Positions 28,110-38,240 of a stretch of DNA of 64,000 bases are shown here, in pieces. How positions within the stretch are numbered: position 1 is the stretch's first letter; each line of letters opens with the position of its first letter. Source of the stretch: Deltaproteobacteria bacterium (lineage in GTDB: Bacteria > Myxococcota_A > Polyangia > Fen-1088); the NCBI GenBank assembly GCA_033763315.1, contig JANRKS010000019.1:192001-256000 (forward strand). The letters run 5' to 3'. Both the position numbers and the translations under genes were made by a program. Below the pieces are notes generated by a model, which was given only the letters and a program-made list of their open reading frames with translations, had not been told where the DNA came from and made no database searches.

Positions 28110-28874
28110 ATGAAACTTGCGACGTGGAACGTAAACTCGGTGCGGGCGCGGCTTCCGCGCGTGATCGATTGGCTCACGAAGAACGCCCCGGACGTGGTGT
28201 GCTTGCAAGAGACCAAGGTCGAGGACACCGCTTTCCCACACGACGAGTTTCGCGCTTTGGGTTACCAGACCACGATCTTCGGGCAGCGCACGTACAACGG
28301 CGTGGCCATTCTTTCGCGCGCCCCTGTCACCGACGTGGTGTTTGGTTTTGGCGACAACGATCCTGAAGCGCGCTATCTGGTGGCACGCGTGGAGGGCATT
28401 CGCGTGGCAAGCGCCTATGTGCCCAATGGCAAAGCGGTGGGAACCGACAAGTTTGCCTACAAGCTGGATTGGCTGGCGCGCTGGCGGCGCTGGTTGGACG
28501 CGCACGCGCGCCCAGATGAGCCCCTGGCCTTGTGCGGGGATTACAACATTGCCCCTGAGGATCGCGACGTTCACGATCCTGTGGCATGGAAAGATCAGGT
28601 GCTGTGCCACCCAGACGAACGCGCTGCCTTGGGCGTAATCAAAGCCTTCGGGGTGCATGACGTGTTTCGCAACCACACGCAGGACGCGGGGCTTTATTCG
28701 TGGTGGGATTACCGTCAGTTGGGGTTTCCCAAGAACCGCGGGCTGCGTATTGATTACATGCTGTGTTCGCAGCCTTTGGCTAGCCGGTGCACGAGCGTGC
28801 GCATCGATCGCGAGGCGCGCAAAGGCAAAGAGCCTTCAGATCACGCGCCGGTGGTTGCGGAGTTTTCGGCGTAA
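28110..28874 (+). CDS. xth: Exodeoxyribonuclease III
   Basis: TWNVNS, LQETK, YNGVA, YVPNG, GDYN, WWDYR, RIDY and SDHAPV motifs. Start set at ATG 28110. Confidence 0.96.
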   Translation: MKLATWNVNSVRARLPRVIDWLTKNAPDVVCLQETKVEDTAFPHDEFRALGYQTTIFGQRTYNGVAILSRAPVTDVVFGFGDNDPEARYLVARVEGIRVASAYVPNGKAVGTDKFAYKLDWLARWRRWLDAHARPDEPLALCGDYNIAPEDRDVHDPVAWKDQVLCHPDERAALGVIKAFGVHDVFRNHTQDAGLYSWWDYRQLGFPKNRGLRIDYMLCSQPLASRCTSVRIDREARKGKEPSDHAPVVAEFSA

Positions 28875-28909
28875 GGCCGCGCGCTAAAGGCGTAAGGCCG
28901 CGCGCTAAA
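28868..28909. repeat. Exact 21-bp tandem duplication between convergent genes
   Basis: GGCGTAAGGCCGCGCGCTAAA occurs twice (28868-28888 and 28889-28909). Confidence 0.95.
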
Positions 28910-30062
28910 GCCAATAACGAAACGAATAACAGAGGCGTTCGAGCAGGCGATCGAGCGGGCCGCGGTTAAGCACGCTTTCCAAGTCGACCTGCCGGCACTC
29001 AAGCGATTCGGTTTCGAAATAGGCGGCGGTTTGAGTGGCCATGTTTTCGTCCACCGTGTTGGCCACCAGCTCCAGATTGTAGGCCAAGGATCGGTGATCC
29101 ATGTTGTAGCTGCCGATCGATACAAATTCGTCGTCCACCAGCAACAGCTTGCTGTGCATCACTTTCGTGTGTTGCAAGATTTTCACGCCGCGTTTGAGCA
29201 GAAACGAGAACGAGGCGCGCGCGGCGTAATCCAACACGCGGGTGTCGCTGTGCAAAGGCAGCATGATCTGGACGTCCACGCCGCGGGCCGCGGCGGCGGC
29301 CAACGAATGCAAGATACCGCGATCGGGAACGAAGTAGGGGTTGCAGATCCACACGCGCTTTTGACTGGCACGGATGGCGAATAAGGCCGCGCGGCGGATG
29401 GCAAAGCGCTCGCGTAACTCGGTGTTTGCCAGGATCGCCACCGGCACGTTCCCAGCTTTGGCGGGTATGGGCAAGCTTTGTGGCGCCAACCGAAAACGTT
29501 TGCGCGAGCGTTTGTTCCAGGTTTGCAGAAACGCGCTTTCAATTTCACGGCCAGCTGGTCCTTCCACAGCCACGGCAGCGTCACGCCAATCTCCGCCGCC
29601 TTGTTCCGCTTCCACCCACTCGTCGGCGATGTTGATGCCGCCCGTGAAGGCCAGTTCGCCATCGACCACCAACGTCTTGCGGTGGTTGCGCCGGAACAAC
29701 CGCCAAAAGTTCGGCCGCCAGAACCGGTAAGCGTGATACACGATCGTGTGGACGCCGGCATCGCGCAGGTCCCGAAAGTATTTGAGGGACGTGTCACGGC
29801 AGCCAACGAAGTCGTAAAGCAGCCGGACCTCCACGCCTCTGCGGGCTGCTGCCTTAAGGCGCTCAGCGAACTTTTGCCCGATGGTGTCGCTGGCAAGAAT
29901 GTACATCTCCATCGATATGCGCTGTTTCGCTTGGTCGATGGCTGCCAACCACGCGGGGAACGCTTCTTTGCCATGGCGTAAAAAACGAACCGCGTTGCCC
30001 CCCAACGCGACCTGGGGGTCTTCCCAATAGAGCGAAATATGCAAACTGGGATGTCGTGACAT
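28905..30062 (-). CDS. Cardiolipin synthase, ClsB-like (phospholipase D family)
   Basis: Two HKD motifs (HRKTLVVD and HSKLLLVD), GGINI, NPYF and GSYN. No N-terminal transmembrane helices. Confidence 0.9.
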   Translation of the reverse strand: MSRHPSLHISLYWEDPQVALGGNAVRFLRHGKEAFPAWLAAIDQAKQRISMEMYILASDTIGQKFAERLKAAARRGVEVRLLYDFVGCRDTSLKYFRDLRDAGVHTIVYHAYRFWRPNFWRLFRRNHRKTLVVDGELAFTGGINIADEWVEAEQGGGDWRDAAVAVEGPAGREIESAFLQTWNKRSRKRFRLAPQSLPIPAKAGNVPVAILANTELRERFAIRRAALFAIRASQKRVWICNPYFVPDRGILHSLAAAAARGVDVQIMLPLHSDTRVLDYAARASFSFLLKRGVKILQHTKVMHSKLLLVDDEFVSIGSYNMDHRSLAYNLELVANTVDENMATQTAAYFETESLECRQVDLESVLNRGPLDRLLERLCYSFRYWL

Positions 30063-30175
30063 GGCGTCCCGCGGCGGCGGCTAGTGTACACGCTCGGCCG
30101 CCGCGGGCCGTGCCACCTTAGCCTCAAGCGCTTGCTGGGTTCCGGGCGCGATTGCAACCGTTTCCCCCCGAGGTG

Positions 30176-30204
30176 TTGACCACAGCGTGCCAAAGCTGTA
30201 CGTT
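30176..30204 (+). promoter_or_regulatory. Sigma70-type promoter for infA
   Basis: TTGACC-17 nt-TACGTT, 12 nt before the ATG. Confidence 0.6.
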
Positions 30205-30216
30205 TCACACCCCTAA

Positions 30217-30432
30217 ATGGCCCGTGAAGAGCATATTGAGTTTCAAGGACGCGTGATCGAAGTCTTGCCCGCGGGCAGTTTCCGAGTGGAACTGGAGACG
30301 GGACATCAAGTGCTTGCGCACTTGGGAGGCAAGCTACGTAAGCACCGCATCCGCGTGGTCTTGGGCGATAAGGTCACTGTGGCCTTGACGCCTTACGATC
30401 CCACGCGTGGAATCATCGTCTATCGCGGGTAG
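30217..30432 (+). CDS. infA: Translation initiation factor IF-1
   Basis: 71 aa with [28 protein letters not shown] and GIIVYR. Confidence 0.97.
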   Translation: MAREEHIEFQGRVIEVLPAGSFRVELETGHQVLAHLGGKLRKHRIRVVLGDKVTVALTPYDPTRGIIVYRG

Positions 30433-30464
30433 TTCGTTTTGGGTGTTGGCTGCCAGAGCAGGAC

Positions 30465-31937
30465 ATGACCAACAGGTTTGCCAACGGCGTTTTGTGGATC
30501 GGGTTGGTGGCCGGCGCGTTCTTTGCGGGCAGAGCCACCGCTCAACAGACACCCCCCACCGCGCCAGTGGTTCCACCGCCCACGAGTGTCCCTCGTCCCG
30601 TGGCGGTGCCAGCGCTGCCGGGCATTTCGGCGCCTGCCCATGCGCCTACGCCCGTGGACATGCAGGGCTCCGTGGCGCCGCTCGTGGCGCACGTCAAAGG
30701 GGCCGTGGTGGCGATTCACACGTCGAAGGTCATTCGGCGGGTGGTGCGCGAAGATCCATTTTCGCAGTTCTTGCGTGAGCGCCTCGGAGGCGGTTCGGCG
30801 CCGCTTGAACAGCAAGAAACGCAGCGCAGTCTGGGCTCGGGCTTCGTGATCGACAAGCAGGGCACCATCCTCACCAATAACCATGTCGTGGCGGGTGCCG
30901 ACGAAGTCATCGTGATCTTGGACGATCAGCGCAGCTTTTCCGCAAAAGTTTTGGGCAACGATCCTTCCAGCGACGTTGCTGTGGTGAAGTTAGACAAGCC
31001 CCCCGCTGATCTAAGCCCAGCTGTGCTTGGTGATTCAGACGTGTTGGCCGTGGGTGATTATGTTTTGGCGATTGGCAACCCGCTGGGGTTGGGGCAAACG
31101 GTGACGATGGGGATCGTTAGCGCCAAGAACCGATCCCTTGGCACGAAACTGGGCGAGATTGAGCCCGTGTACCAAGACTTCATCCAAACCGACGCGGCCA
31201 TCAACCAAGGCAACTCGGGTGGCCCGTTGTTCAACTTCCGCGGTGAAGTGATTGGCATCAATTCGGCCATCTTAAATCCCGCCGTGGCGATGAACGTGGG
31301 GTTTGCAATCCCGATCAATTTGGCTCGAAGCATCGCGGGCCAATTGCAGAAGTCGGGGCAGGTGGCGCGTGGTTATTTGGGTGTTTCAACCGAGGACGTC
31401 ACGCCGGAGCTTTCCACCAAGTTTGGCCTCGATCAAAGCGCCGGAGCCCTGGTGAAATTCGTGGTTGAGAATTCACCGGCCGCGCGCGCGGGCATCAAAC
31501 AAAACGATGTGATCGTTGAGATCGCCGGGCGGCCGATTGGTCGAAAGAATCAACTGGCGCAGGTGATTGCGCAACTGACGCCCGGGGCGAAGGTCAAAGT
31601 GGCGTTTCTGCGTGGCAAGCAGCGCTTCGAAACGGAAGCCGTTCTAGAGGAGCGCGCCGCCGGGGACGCCGTGCTTGGGTTGCGGGTGGCGCCGCTGTCG
31701 CCTGAAGAATCAAAAAGCGTGGGCTTGCGAGCAGGGCAGGGCGTGCGTGTGATTGACGTGGATCCCAACGCCTTTACGAGCGGCGAATTGGTCCGTGATG
31801 ATTGGCTGTTGGCGATTGACCGCACGCCCGTGACGGTGCCTCTGCTCAAACGGCTGGAGACGGTGTTGCAAGAAGGCGGCTACGCCCGCCTGATTGTGCA
31901 GCGGGGCCGCCAGCAATTTGTGCTCACGCTAAGGTGA
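30465..31937 (+). CDS. HtrA/DegP (Do) family periplasmic serine protease
   Basis: Signal peptide, LGSGF, TNNHV, DVAV, QTDAAINQGNSGGPL and two PDZ domains. Confidence 0.95.
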   Translation: MTNRFANGVLWIGLVAGAFFAGRATAQQTPPTAPVVPPPTSVPRPVAVPALPGISAPAHAPTPVDMQGSVAPLVAHVKGAVVAIHTSKVIRRVVREDPFSQFLRERLGGGSAPLEQQETQRSLGSGFVIDKQGTILTNNHVVAGADEVIVILDDQRSFSAKVLGNDPSSDVAVVKLDKPPADLSPAVLGDSDVLAVGDYVLAIGNPLGLGQTVTMGIVSAKNRSLGTKLGEIEPVYQDFIQTDAAINQGNSGGPLFNFRGEVIGINSAILNPAVAMNVGFAIPINLARSIAGQLQKSGQVARGYLGVSTEDVTPELSTKFGLDQSAGALVKFVVENSPAARAGIKQNDVIVEIAGRPIGRKNQLAQVIAQLTPGAKVKVAFLRGKQRFETEAVLEERAAGDAVLGLRVAPLSPEESKSVGLRAGQGVRVIDVDPNAFTSGELVRDDWLLAIDRTPVTVPLLKRLETVLQEGGYARLIVQRGRQQFVLTLR

Positions 31938-32576
31938 TGCGCTGGGCGCGAACACAACACGCGCGCCCGTAAGTTTCACGATGTCCTCTTCGCTCACGTC
32001 CGTGGCGCGCTCGTGGCACACGAAATGGTTGCCCGCGGGATCAAAGACACCCAAATCCGTGATGATGCGCTTCACGCACGCCAGCGCCGTGGTGGGCAGC
32101 GTGAGGGATTGCACCAGTTTCGGTGTGCCGTCTTTGGCGGCGTGGGTTTGCAACACCACCACGCGTTTGGCCCCCGCGGCCAGATCCATCGCGCCCCCCA
32201 TACCCGTCACCATCTTGCCTGGCACCGCCCAGTTGGCCAAATCACCGCTGACACTCACTTCCAGACCACCAAGGATGGCCAGGTCCACGTGGCCACCGCG
32301 AATCATCGCGAACGATTGCGCCGAATCAAAAACGCTGGCGCCCGGCAACGCCGTGACCAGTTGTTTGCCCGCGTTGATGAGCTGCGGATCGATTTCGTCC
32401 TCGTAAGGGAAAGGGCCCATACCTAGGAGGCCGTTCTCGGAATGCAACACCACGTGCACGCCGGGCGGCACAACGTTGGCCACCAACGTGGGCATGCCGA
32501 TGCCCAAGTTCACAACTTGGCCCGAACGCAACTCGAGGCCCGCACGCACAACCATATCGTCCCGCGACCAACTCAT
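31929..32576 (-). CDS. 3-oxoacid CoA-transferase subunit B
   Basis: NLGIGMPT, SENG, MIRGGH, GDLANW and GMGGAMDL motifs. Confidence 0.93.
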   Translation of the reverse strand: MSWSRDDMVVRAGLELRSGQVVNLGIGMPTLVANVVPPGVHVVLHSENGLLGMGPFPYEDEIDPQLINAGKQLVTALPGASVFDSAQSFAMIRGGHVDLAILGGLEVSVSGDLANWAVPGKMVTGMGGAMDLAAGAKRVVVLQTHAAKDGTPKLVQSLTLPTTALACVKRIITDLGVFDPAGNHFVCHERATDVSEEDIVKLTGARVVFAPSASP

Positions 32577-33286
32577 GGTGCGCCTCGCGTGCGGGTGGTG
32601 CGGTGTTCGATGGTGTTTTTGTGATCGCGGGCCTCGAACAGGCGGGTCACGTAAATTCCGGGCAGGTGCACGTCGTCGGGATCCAGGTCTCCGCGTCCCA
32701 CCAGCTTATCAACCTCGGCCACCGTGATCTTGGCGGCCGTGGCCACAAGCGGGTTGAAGTTGCGCGCCGTGCGGGCAAAGCGCAGGTTGCCATCGGGATC
32801 GCCCACGGCGGCGCGCACGATGGCAAAGTCTGCCACCAACGGTGATTCCAGCACGTAAAGCTGGCCGTCGATCTCGCGCACCTCTTTGCCCTCCGCCACC
32901 ACGGTGCCAACGCCCGTGCGTGTGAAGAAGCCGCCGATGCCAGCACCGCCGGCACGAATGCGTTCGGCCAAGGTGCCCTGCGGGTTCAACTCCACTTCGA
33001 TTTGTTTGGCGAGGTATTGCGCTTCGAGATCGGGGTTGCCCCCGATGAAGCTGCAGATCACTTTCTGCACTTGGCGCTGTTGCAGCAGCACCGCGAGCCC
33101 TTGGCCTTGGTTGCCACAGTTGTTGCTGATGATCGTTAGATCGCGCACGCCGAGACGCGCGATTTCGGCGATGCAATGCTCGGCGTTGCCACACAGCCCA
33201 AAGCCGCCCGCCATAACGCGCATTCCGTCTGACAGGCCCAGCAACGCCTCCTGCGCGTTGGCCACCACCTTCGAGCCCGGCATCAT
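32573..33286 (-). CDS. 3-oxoacid CoA-transferase subunit A
   Basis: GGFGLCG, SNN, PQGTLAERIRAGG, GNL and ARNFNP motifs. ATGA overlaps at both ends. Confidence 0.93.
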   Translation of the reverse strand: MMPGSKVVANAQEALLGLSDGMRVMAGGFGLCGNAEHCIAEIARLGVRDLTIISNNCGNQGQGLAVLLQQRQVQKVICSFIGGNPDLEAQYLAKQIEVELNPQGTLAERIRAGGAGIGGFFTRTGVGTVVAEGKEVREIDGQLYVLESPLVADFAIVRAAVGDPDGNLRFARTARNFNPLVATAAKITVAEVDKLVGRGDLDPDDVHLPGIYVTRLFEARDHKNTIEHRTTRTRGAP

Positions 33287-34563
33287 GTGGACCACACCTC
33301 ATCGATCGCGGCACCCAACCGTTCGATGCCATCTTCGAGCTCTTCCTCGGAGATCACCAGGGGCGGCGCCAAGAACACCAAGTTGTCACGCTTGTGCAAG
33401 TGAATGCGCAGCTCGGTTAGTTTGGCCGCGAGTCGTTTCATGCGCTCGGCACTGGCGACGGACGGCGCGTGGGGCTCGTTAAGTTCAATCGCCCACAGCA
33501 GGCCCACGCCGCGCACGTCGCGGACGAACGGGCGGTTCCGCGTCCACAACGGCAACCGCCGCTTAAGCCACTCACCCAAACGCGCGGCCTTTGGGATCAG
33601 CGATTCTTTTTTGTAAATGTCCACCGCCGCAGCGATTGCCGCGCACGATAACGGATGGGCGTAATTGGTGAGGCCACAACGCAGTGGCAAATCATCAAAG
33701 TGTCGCGCCACGCGGCCGCTAGCGATCACGGCACCACCCGGCGCGTAGCCACCCGTGAGGCCCTTGGCACACGTGAGTAGATCGGGCGAAGCGCCGTCAT
33801 GATCCACCGCGAACCAGCGGCCCGTGCGGCCGAAGCCGGAAAGCACTTCGTCGGCGATGAACAGCACGCCGTAGCGATCGCAGATCTGGCGAATGTTTCG
33901 GTAATACGATCGCGGCGGTGGGAACACACCGTTGGCGCCCACGACGCCTTCAAGGATGACGGCCGCCACGGTGTCGGGCCCTTCGGCTTTAAGCAACGCC
34001 TCCAGATCGCCTTCACAGGGGTTGGCCGAATAGGGATCGCTCCAGGGCACGCCCACCGAAACGCCCACATCAAATCCCAGCTTGCGTGAATCGCCCGACA
34101 TCGCCAGCATCGCCAGCGTGGCGCCGTGATAGCTGCGATCGCGGTAAACGATTTTGCGGCGCCCCGTGAACTGCAGCGCAATCTTGATGGCGTTCTCGTT
34201 GGCTTCGGCGCCCGACAAACACAAAAACACTTTGCCCGACGCCAACCCGGGAGGGGCAACGTCGAGCAGGCGTTCCGCGGCCAGCGTTTTTTCCGGGAAC
34301 ACAGCCGAAGGCGTCACCAACAACGATCGTTCCGCCGCGGCCATCAGGGCCTGCCGCATGCCGGGGTGGCCGTGCCCAAGGTTGGCGTTCCACACCATGC
34401 TGCCGAGGTCCAACCAATGGGCCCCTTGCGCGGTGTGGAATGTGGCGCCTTGGCCGCCCACGATCTCAAGTGGCACCGCATCTTTCTGGGCGGTCCACGT
34501 GAAGAAGGTTTTATGAGCCTGAGCAGGCGTGGGGGTGGGTCGAGGCGGTCTTGGGGATCTCAT
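33283..34563 (-). CDS. Class-III PLP aminotransferase (omega-amino acid type)
   Basis: NLGH, SGAEANENA, SYHG, ADEVLSGFGRTG and AKGLTGGYAP motifs. Confidence 0.9.
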   Translation of the reverse strand: MRSPRPPRPTPTPAQAHKTFFTWTAQKDAVPLEIVGGQGATFHTAQGAHWLDLGSMVWNANLGHGHPGMRQALMAAAERSLLVTPSAVFPEKTLAAERLLDVAPPGLASGKVFLCLSGAEANENAIKIALQFTGRRKIVYRDRSYHGATLAMLAMSGDSRKLGFDVGVSVGVPWSDPYSANPCEGDLEALLKAEGPDTVAAVILEGVVGANGVFPPPRSYYRNIRQICDRYGVLFIADEVLSGFGRTGRWFAVDHDGASPDLLTCAKGLTGGYAPGGAVIASGRVARHFDDLPLRCGLTNYAHPLSCAAIAAAVDIYKKESLIPKAARLGEWLKRRLPLWTRNRPFVRDVRGVGLLWAIELNEPHAPSVASAERMKRLAAKLTELRIHLHKRDNLVFLAPPLVISEEELEDGIERLGAAIDEVWST

Positions 34564-35861
34564 GCAGAATTCGCTGTCACGGACACGAAGATTTCCGCCG
34601 CCGCCGCCGCCTGAGACTCAGTGATGATGAGGGGAGGGGAAAGCCTTATGGCCTTATCTCCACATTCTAGAACCAGAAGCCCGCGGGCAAAACATTCTTG
34701 CGAGATCCGATCGGCTTCTTGGTCGGTGCTGAACTCGACGCCAATCATCAACCCCAGGCCGCGGACTTCAACCACATTTGGCAACGCAGTCAAACGTTCC
34801 TCAAGTGTCGCACGAAACACGCCGCCTACACGATCAGACGCGGCCACGAGACCGCTTTCAAGCAGATCAAGTGTGGCCAAGGCCGAGGCGATGCAAACAG
34901 GGTTGCCGCCACAGGTTGAACCGTGGCTGCCAGGGGGCCAAGTCATGACGTTCTTACGTGCGACCAGCGCACCCAGTGGCATGCCCGAAGCCAAACCCTT
35001 GGCCAAGGTGAACATGTCGGGTACCACACCAAAATGTTCGGCGGAGAACATTCGTCCCGTGCGGCCCATGCCTGATTGCACTTCATCAAACACCAACATG
35101 ATGCCGTGCTTGTCGCAAATGGCGCGCAGCTGCTGCAAGAACGCGACGTCGGGCACGATGTAGCCGCCTTCCCCCAGCACCGGTTCAACAATGATGGCCG
35201 CCACATCGTCTGGATTCACGGTGCGCGGGAACAATTCCTTCTCGATGAAGTCAGCGTTGCCATAGGGCGCATGGTGCACCCCCGAGAGCAACGTGCCAAA
35301 GTGTTTGCGGTATTTCGCCTTCGACGCTGTGAGCGACAACGAGCCATACGTGCGGCCATGAAAGCCGCCGCGAAACGCGATGAAATCCGTGCGACGCGTG
35401 TGAAAGCGTGACAGCTTCAGCGACGCCTCGACGGCTTCGGTGCCCGAGTTTGTGAGGAAGGTCTGCCATCCCACAGGCGCGCCCAACGCCGCCTGCGCAA
35501 ACGCGTCCGCGTGAGCTCCTAAGCGGCCGCACAGATCGCCGTACCCGGGGTAGAAAAAATCGGTGCCACAAATGTGCACCAGTGTTTCGGCCTGTTTGTT
35601 CATCGCCTCAACAATGCGCGGGTGGCAGTGGCCGGTGGAGGCTGCGGCCACGCCGGCTTGCGCGTCCAAGAAAACGTTGCCGTCAACGTCGCGCACCATA
35701 CAGCCCGCCGCCCGGTCCACCATCAGCGGGTACACATGGATGAGCGACGGTGACATGTGTTGTTTTGCCTCGGCAATGCGCTTGGCAGCCACGGGCCCCG
35801 GCAGCGCCGTGGTGATTGTGATCGGTGACAGCGCCAGCGCTTCAAAGTCTTCAAGTGACAT
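34560..35861 (-). CDS. Class-III PLP aminotransferase (GabT/acetylornithine type)
   Basis: DVDGN, GHCHP, NSGTEAVE, FHGRT, EPVLGEGG, DEVQSGMGRTG and AKGLASG motifs. Confidence 0.92.
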   Translation of the reverse strand: MSLEDFEALALSPITITTALPGPVAAKRIAEAKQHMSPSLIHVYPLMVDRAAGCMVRDVDGNVFLDAQAGVAAASTGHCHPRIVEAMNKQAETLVHICGTDFFYPGYGDLCGRLGAHADAFAQAALGAPVGWQTFLTNSGTEAVEASLKLSRFHTRRTDFIAFRGGFHGRTYGSLSLTASKAKYRKHFGTLLSGVHHAPYGNADFIEKELFPRTVNPDDVAAIIVEPVLGEGGYIVPDVAFLQQLRAICDKHGIMLVFDEVQSGMGRTGRMFSAEHFGVVPDMFTLAKGLASGMPLGALVARKNVMTWPPGSHGSTCGGNPVCIASALATLDLLESGLVAASDRVGGVFRATLEERLTALPNVVEVRGLGLMIGVEFSTDQEADRISQECFARGLLVLECGDKAIRLSPPLIITESQAAAAAEIFVSVTANSA

Positions 35862-35876
35862 GATGCCTCCCTCGCA

Positions 35877-37445
35877 TTAACCAACCACGGTTCGGCTTTG
35901 CTCGCGTCCGTAGCAACCCAAGGTGTAGATACCGCCGATGTTCTTGCCGCTGGAGCCGCTGCCCTTCCAGCCACCAAACGGCTGGACGCCCGGCCATGCG
36001 CCCGTGGTGGCGCCGGCGGCGCGGTTGACGTAAACCACGCCTGCCTCGATGCGCTCCAAGAAGGCGTCGATTTCGTTTTGTTTGCTGCTGAAAAAACCGG
36101 CCGTCAATCCCAACGCTGTGTCGTTGGCCAGCGCCAAGCCTTCTTCCAAAGTGCGAATCTTATGGACCGACAAGATCGGCACAAACAGTTCTTCTTTGAC
36201 GAGCTGGTGATCATGCGGAAGGCCCATCAACAAAGCGGGCTGGGCAAAATATCCCGCGGCGAAAGCCCCATCCTGCAAAACGTTGCCGCCCTCGAGCAAC
36301 GCGCCAGCTTCGCGGGCGAGGGCGTTGTATCGAACGTAGTCATCTAGGCTGCTTTTTGTAGCGAGCGGGCCCACAAACACTTCGCGCTCCAACGGGTTCC
36401 CGATGTCGGTCGCACGCATTTTCTCGCGCAGCTTGGCAAGGAAGGCATTTGCCACCTTCTCGTGCACATACACGCGTGAGCACGCCGAGCACTTGTGGCC
36501 GTTCATACCAAACGCAGAACGGTAGACCCCCGCGACGGCTTGATCGACGTCGGCGCTGTCCATGATGAGGGCGGGGTTCTTGCCACCCATCTCCACGATG
36601 CAGGGCCGCGGGTACGTGACAGAGAAGCGTCGATAGAGCTGGTGAAAGCCGACCTCGTAAGAGCCGGTGAAGGTGGCGCCAGCCACGCGTTCATCGCTTA
36701 CCAAAGCCTCACCCAACACACGACCACCGCCCGTTATCAGGTTTACGACGCCCGCCGGGAAACCCGCTTCGATGAACAAGTCAATCAAAGTGGCACCTGT
36801 GATTGGCGTTTCAGACGAAGGCTTGGCAATGACGGTGTTGCCCATCAAAAGAGCCGCCGCCACTGGCGCTCCAAGCAGTGCGTACGGAAAATTCCACGGA
36901 GCGATCACAGCCCATGCGCCGTAGGGTCGCAGGACGCTCGTGTTTTTGTCTGCAGGGTGCAGCGATGCCATCGGCTTTACGAAGCCGTGGGCTTCGGCCA
37001 TGCGATCGTTGTAATAGTTGATGAGATCGGCTGTCTCTTCCACTTCACCCAACGCTTCAGCGCGGTTCTTGCCCATCTCCGCCATCAGCAACGCGGCCAG
37101 TGAATGACGCCGGTGGCGAATGAGCCTTGCCACTTTTCCCAGCAGTTCAGCGCGGGTTTCCCAGGGCGTTGCACGCCATGCGGGGAAGGCTGTGTGTGCG
37201 GCGGCGATGGCGTCTTGCACGTCTTGCGCGCGTGCACTGGCAGCGTGGCCGACCACGATGTTGCGGTCGATGGGGCTTGTGCTGGCAGTGGTGTCGCTTG
37301 TGGAGCGGTGTGTGCCACCGATGAACAGCTGTGTGGTTCGGCCGAACGTGGCTTTAACGGCGTCGATGGCGCTAGCAAAAGCGGCGCGCGACGGCTCGTC
37401 ATCGGCCGACAGCGTGACATAGGTTACTTTCGACTCGCTGCCCAT
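35877..37445 (-). CDS. Aldehyde dehydrogenase, pyrroline-5-carboxylate dehydrogenase-like
   Basis: PWNFP, FTGS, EMGGKN, GHKCSACSR, EELFVP and QPFGGWKGSG motifs. Start set at ATG 37445. Confidence 0.9.
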   Translation of the reverse strand: MGSESKVTYVTLSADDEPSRAAFASAIDAVKATFGRTTQLFIGGTHRSTSDTTASTSPIDRNIVVGHAASARAQDVQDAIAAAHTAFPAWRATPWETRAELLGKVARLIRHRRHSLAALLMAEMGKNRAEALGEVEETADLINYYNDRMAEAHGFVKPMASLHPADKNTSVLRPYGAWAVIAPWNFPYALLGAPVAAALLMGNTVIAKPSSETPITGATLIDLFIEAGFPAGVVNLITGGGRVLGEALVSDERVAGATFTGSYEVGFHQLYRRFSVTYPRPCIVEMGGKNPALIMDSADVDQAVAGVYRSAFGMNGHKCSACSRVYVHEKVANAFLAKLREKMRATDIGNPLEREVFVGPLATKSSLDDYVRYNALAREAGALLEGGNVLQDGAFAAGYFAQPALLMGLPHDHQLVKEELFVPILSVHKIRTLEEGLALANDTALGLTAGFFSSKQNEIDAFLERIEAGVVYVNRAAGATTGAWPGVQPFGGWKGSGSSGKNIGGIYTLGCYGREQSRTVVG

Positions 37446-37763
37446 AACATTGAGCGTAAGCCCCCGCGCGTCGCGCGGCAAGTTGAGCGGCAGTTGCGCG
37501 GCCCGATGTTGCTCTTGATGTAGGCACTGTGCCACACGACGATTCATGGAGCGCAAGTCATGGGCGATGTTGCGAGTGCGCACGCGGCTTAGCGTGCGCC
37601 TGCCACTCGCGTGAACCACACATGCAGTTTGCGCAAGCCAAACTTCAAAGCGAATCGAGCGGACTTTTCCGAAACAATGCGTATTTTTGTGGGGACCGTG
37701 CCGCCTCAAGCCCCGCCAGAATCCACCACTTAGACGTGCGAAAAAAGAAGCCGGTTTTCGGCG

Positions 37764-37792
37764 TTGACACTCGCAAGGTCGGTCCCTATTCT
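37764..37792 (+). promoter_or_regulatory. Sigma70-type promoter for the HU/IHF gene
   Basis: TTGACA-17 nt-TATTCT, 40 nt before ATG 37833. Confidence 0.7.
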
Positions 37793-37832
37793 CAGCCGCC
37801 TTGCGGATTCGTCCAGGGGTGCAAAAAGCGAA

Positions 37833-38165
37833 ATGACGAAGGCAGAGCTCATTGAGAGGGTGGCAGCGCGGAAGGATCTTCCGCGGGGATTGACCAAGAA
37901 GGCTGTGGCTCAAATGGTCGATGCGGTGTTCTTAGAAATCGGCGATTATTTCATTCGCGCCCGCATCGGCAAAACGCCCGCACGGCTTTCATATCCGGGC
38001 TTCGGAACGTTCACGAAGCGCAAGAAGAACGCGCGGACGGTGCGCAACCCGCAGACGGGCGAACCCATCTTGATTCCCAGCCAAGCCACGGTGTCGTTCA
38101 CGCCCAGCCAAGATCTGAAGTCGTTGATGAACGAGCTGGCGCAGCCGAAACGCGCGCAGCGCTAG
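37833..38165 (+). CDS. HU/IHF family DNA-binding protein
   Basis: MTKAELI, GFGTF, RNPQTGE and F.PS..LK motifs. Confidence 0.95.
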   Translation: MTKAELIERVAARKDLPRGLTKKAVAQMVDAVFLEIGDYFIRARIGKTPARLSYPGFGTFTKRKKNARTVRNPQTGEPILIPSQATVSFTPSQDLKSLMNELAQPKRAQR

Positions 38166-38240
38166 TCACGCGCACGGCGCTAGTCTATAGACCGCGTCCG
38201 GTCTTGTGGCATGACTGCCACCGGCGACTACACTTGCAAA

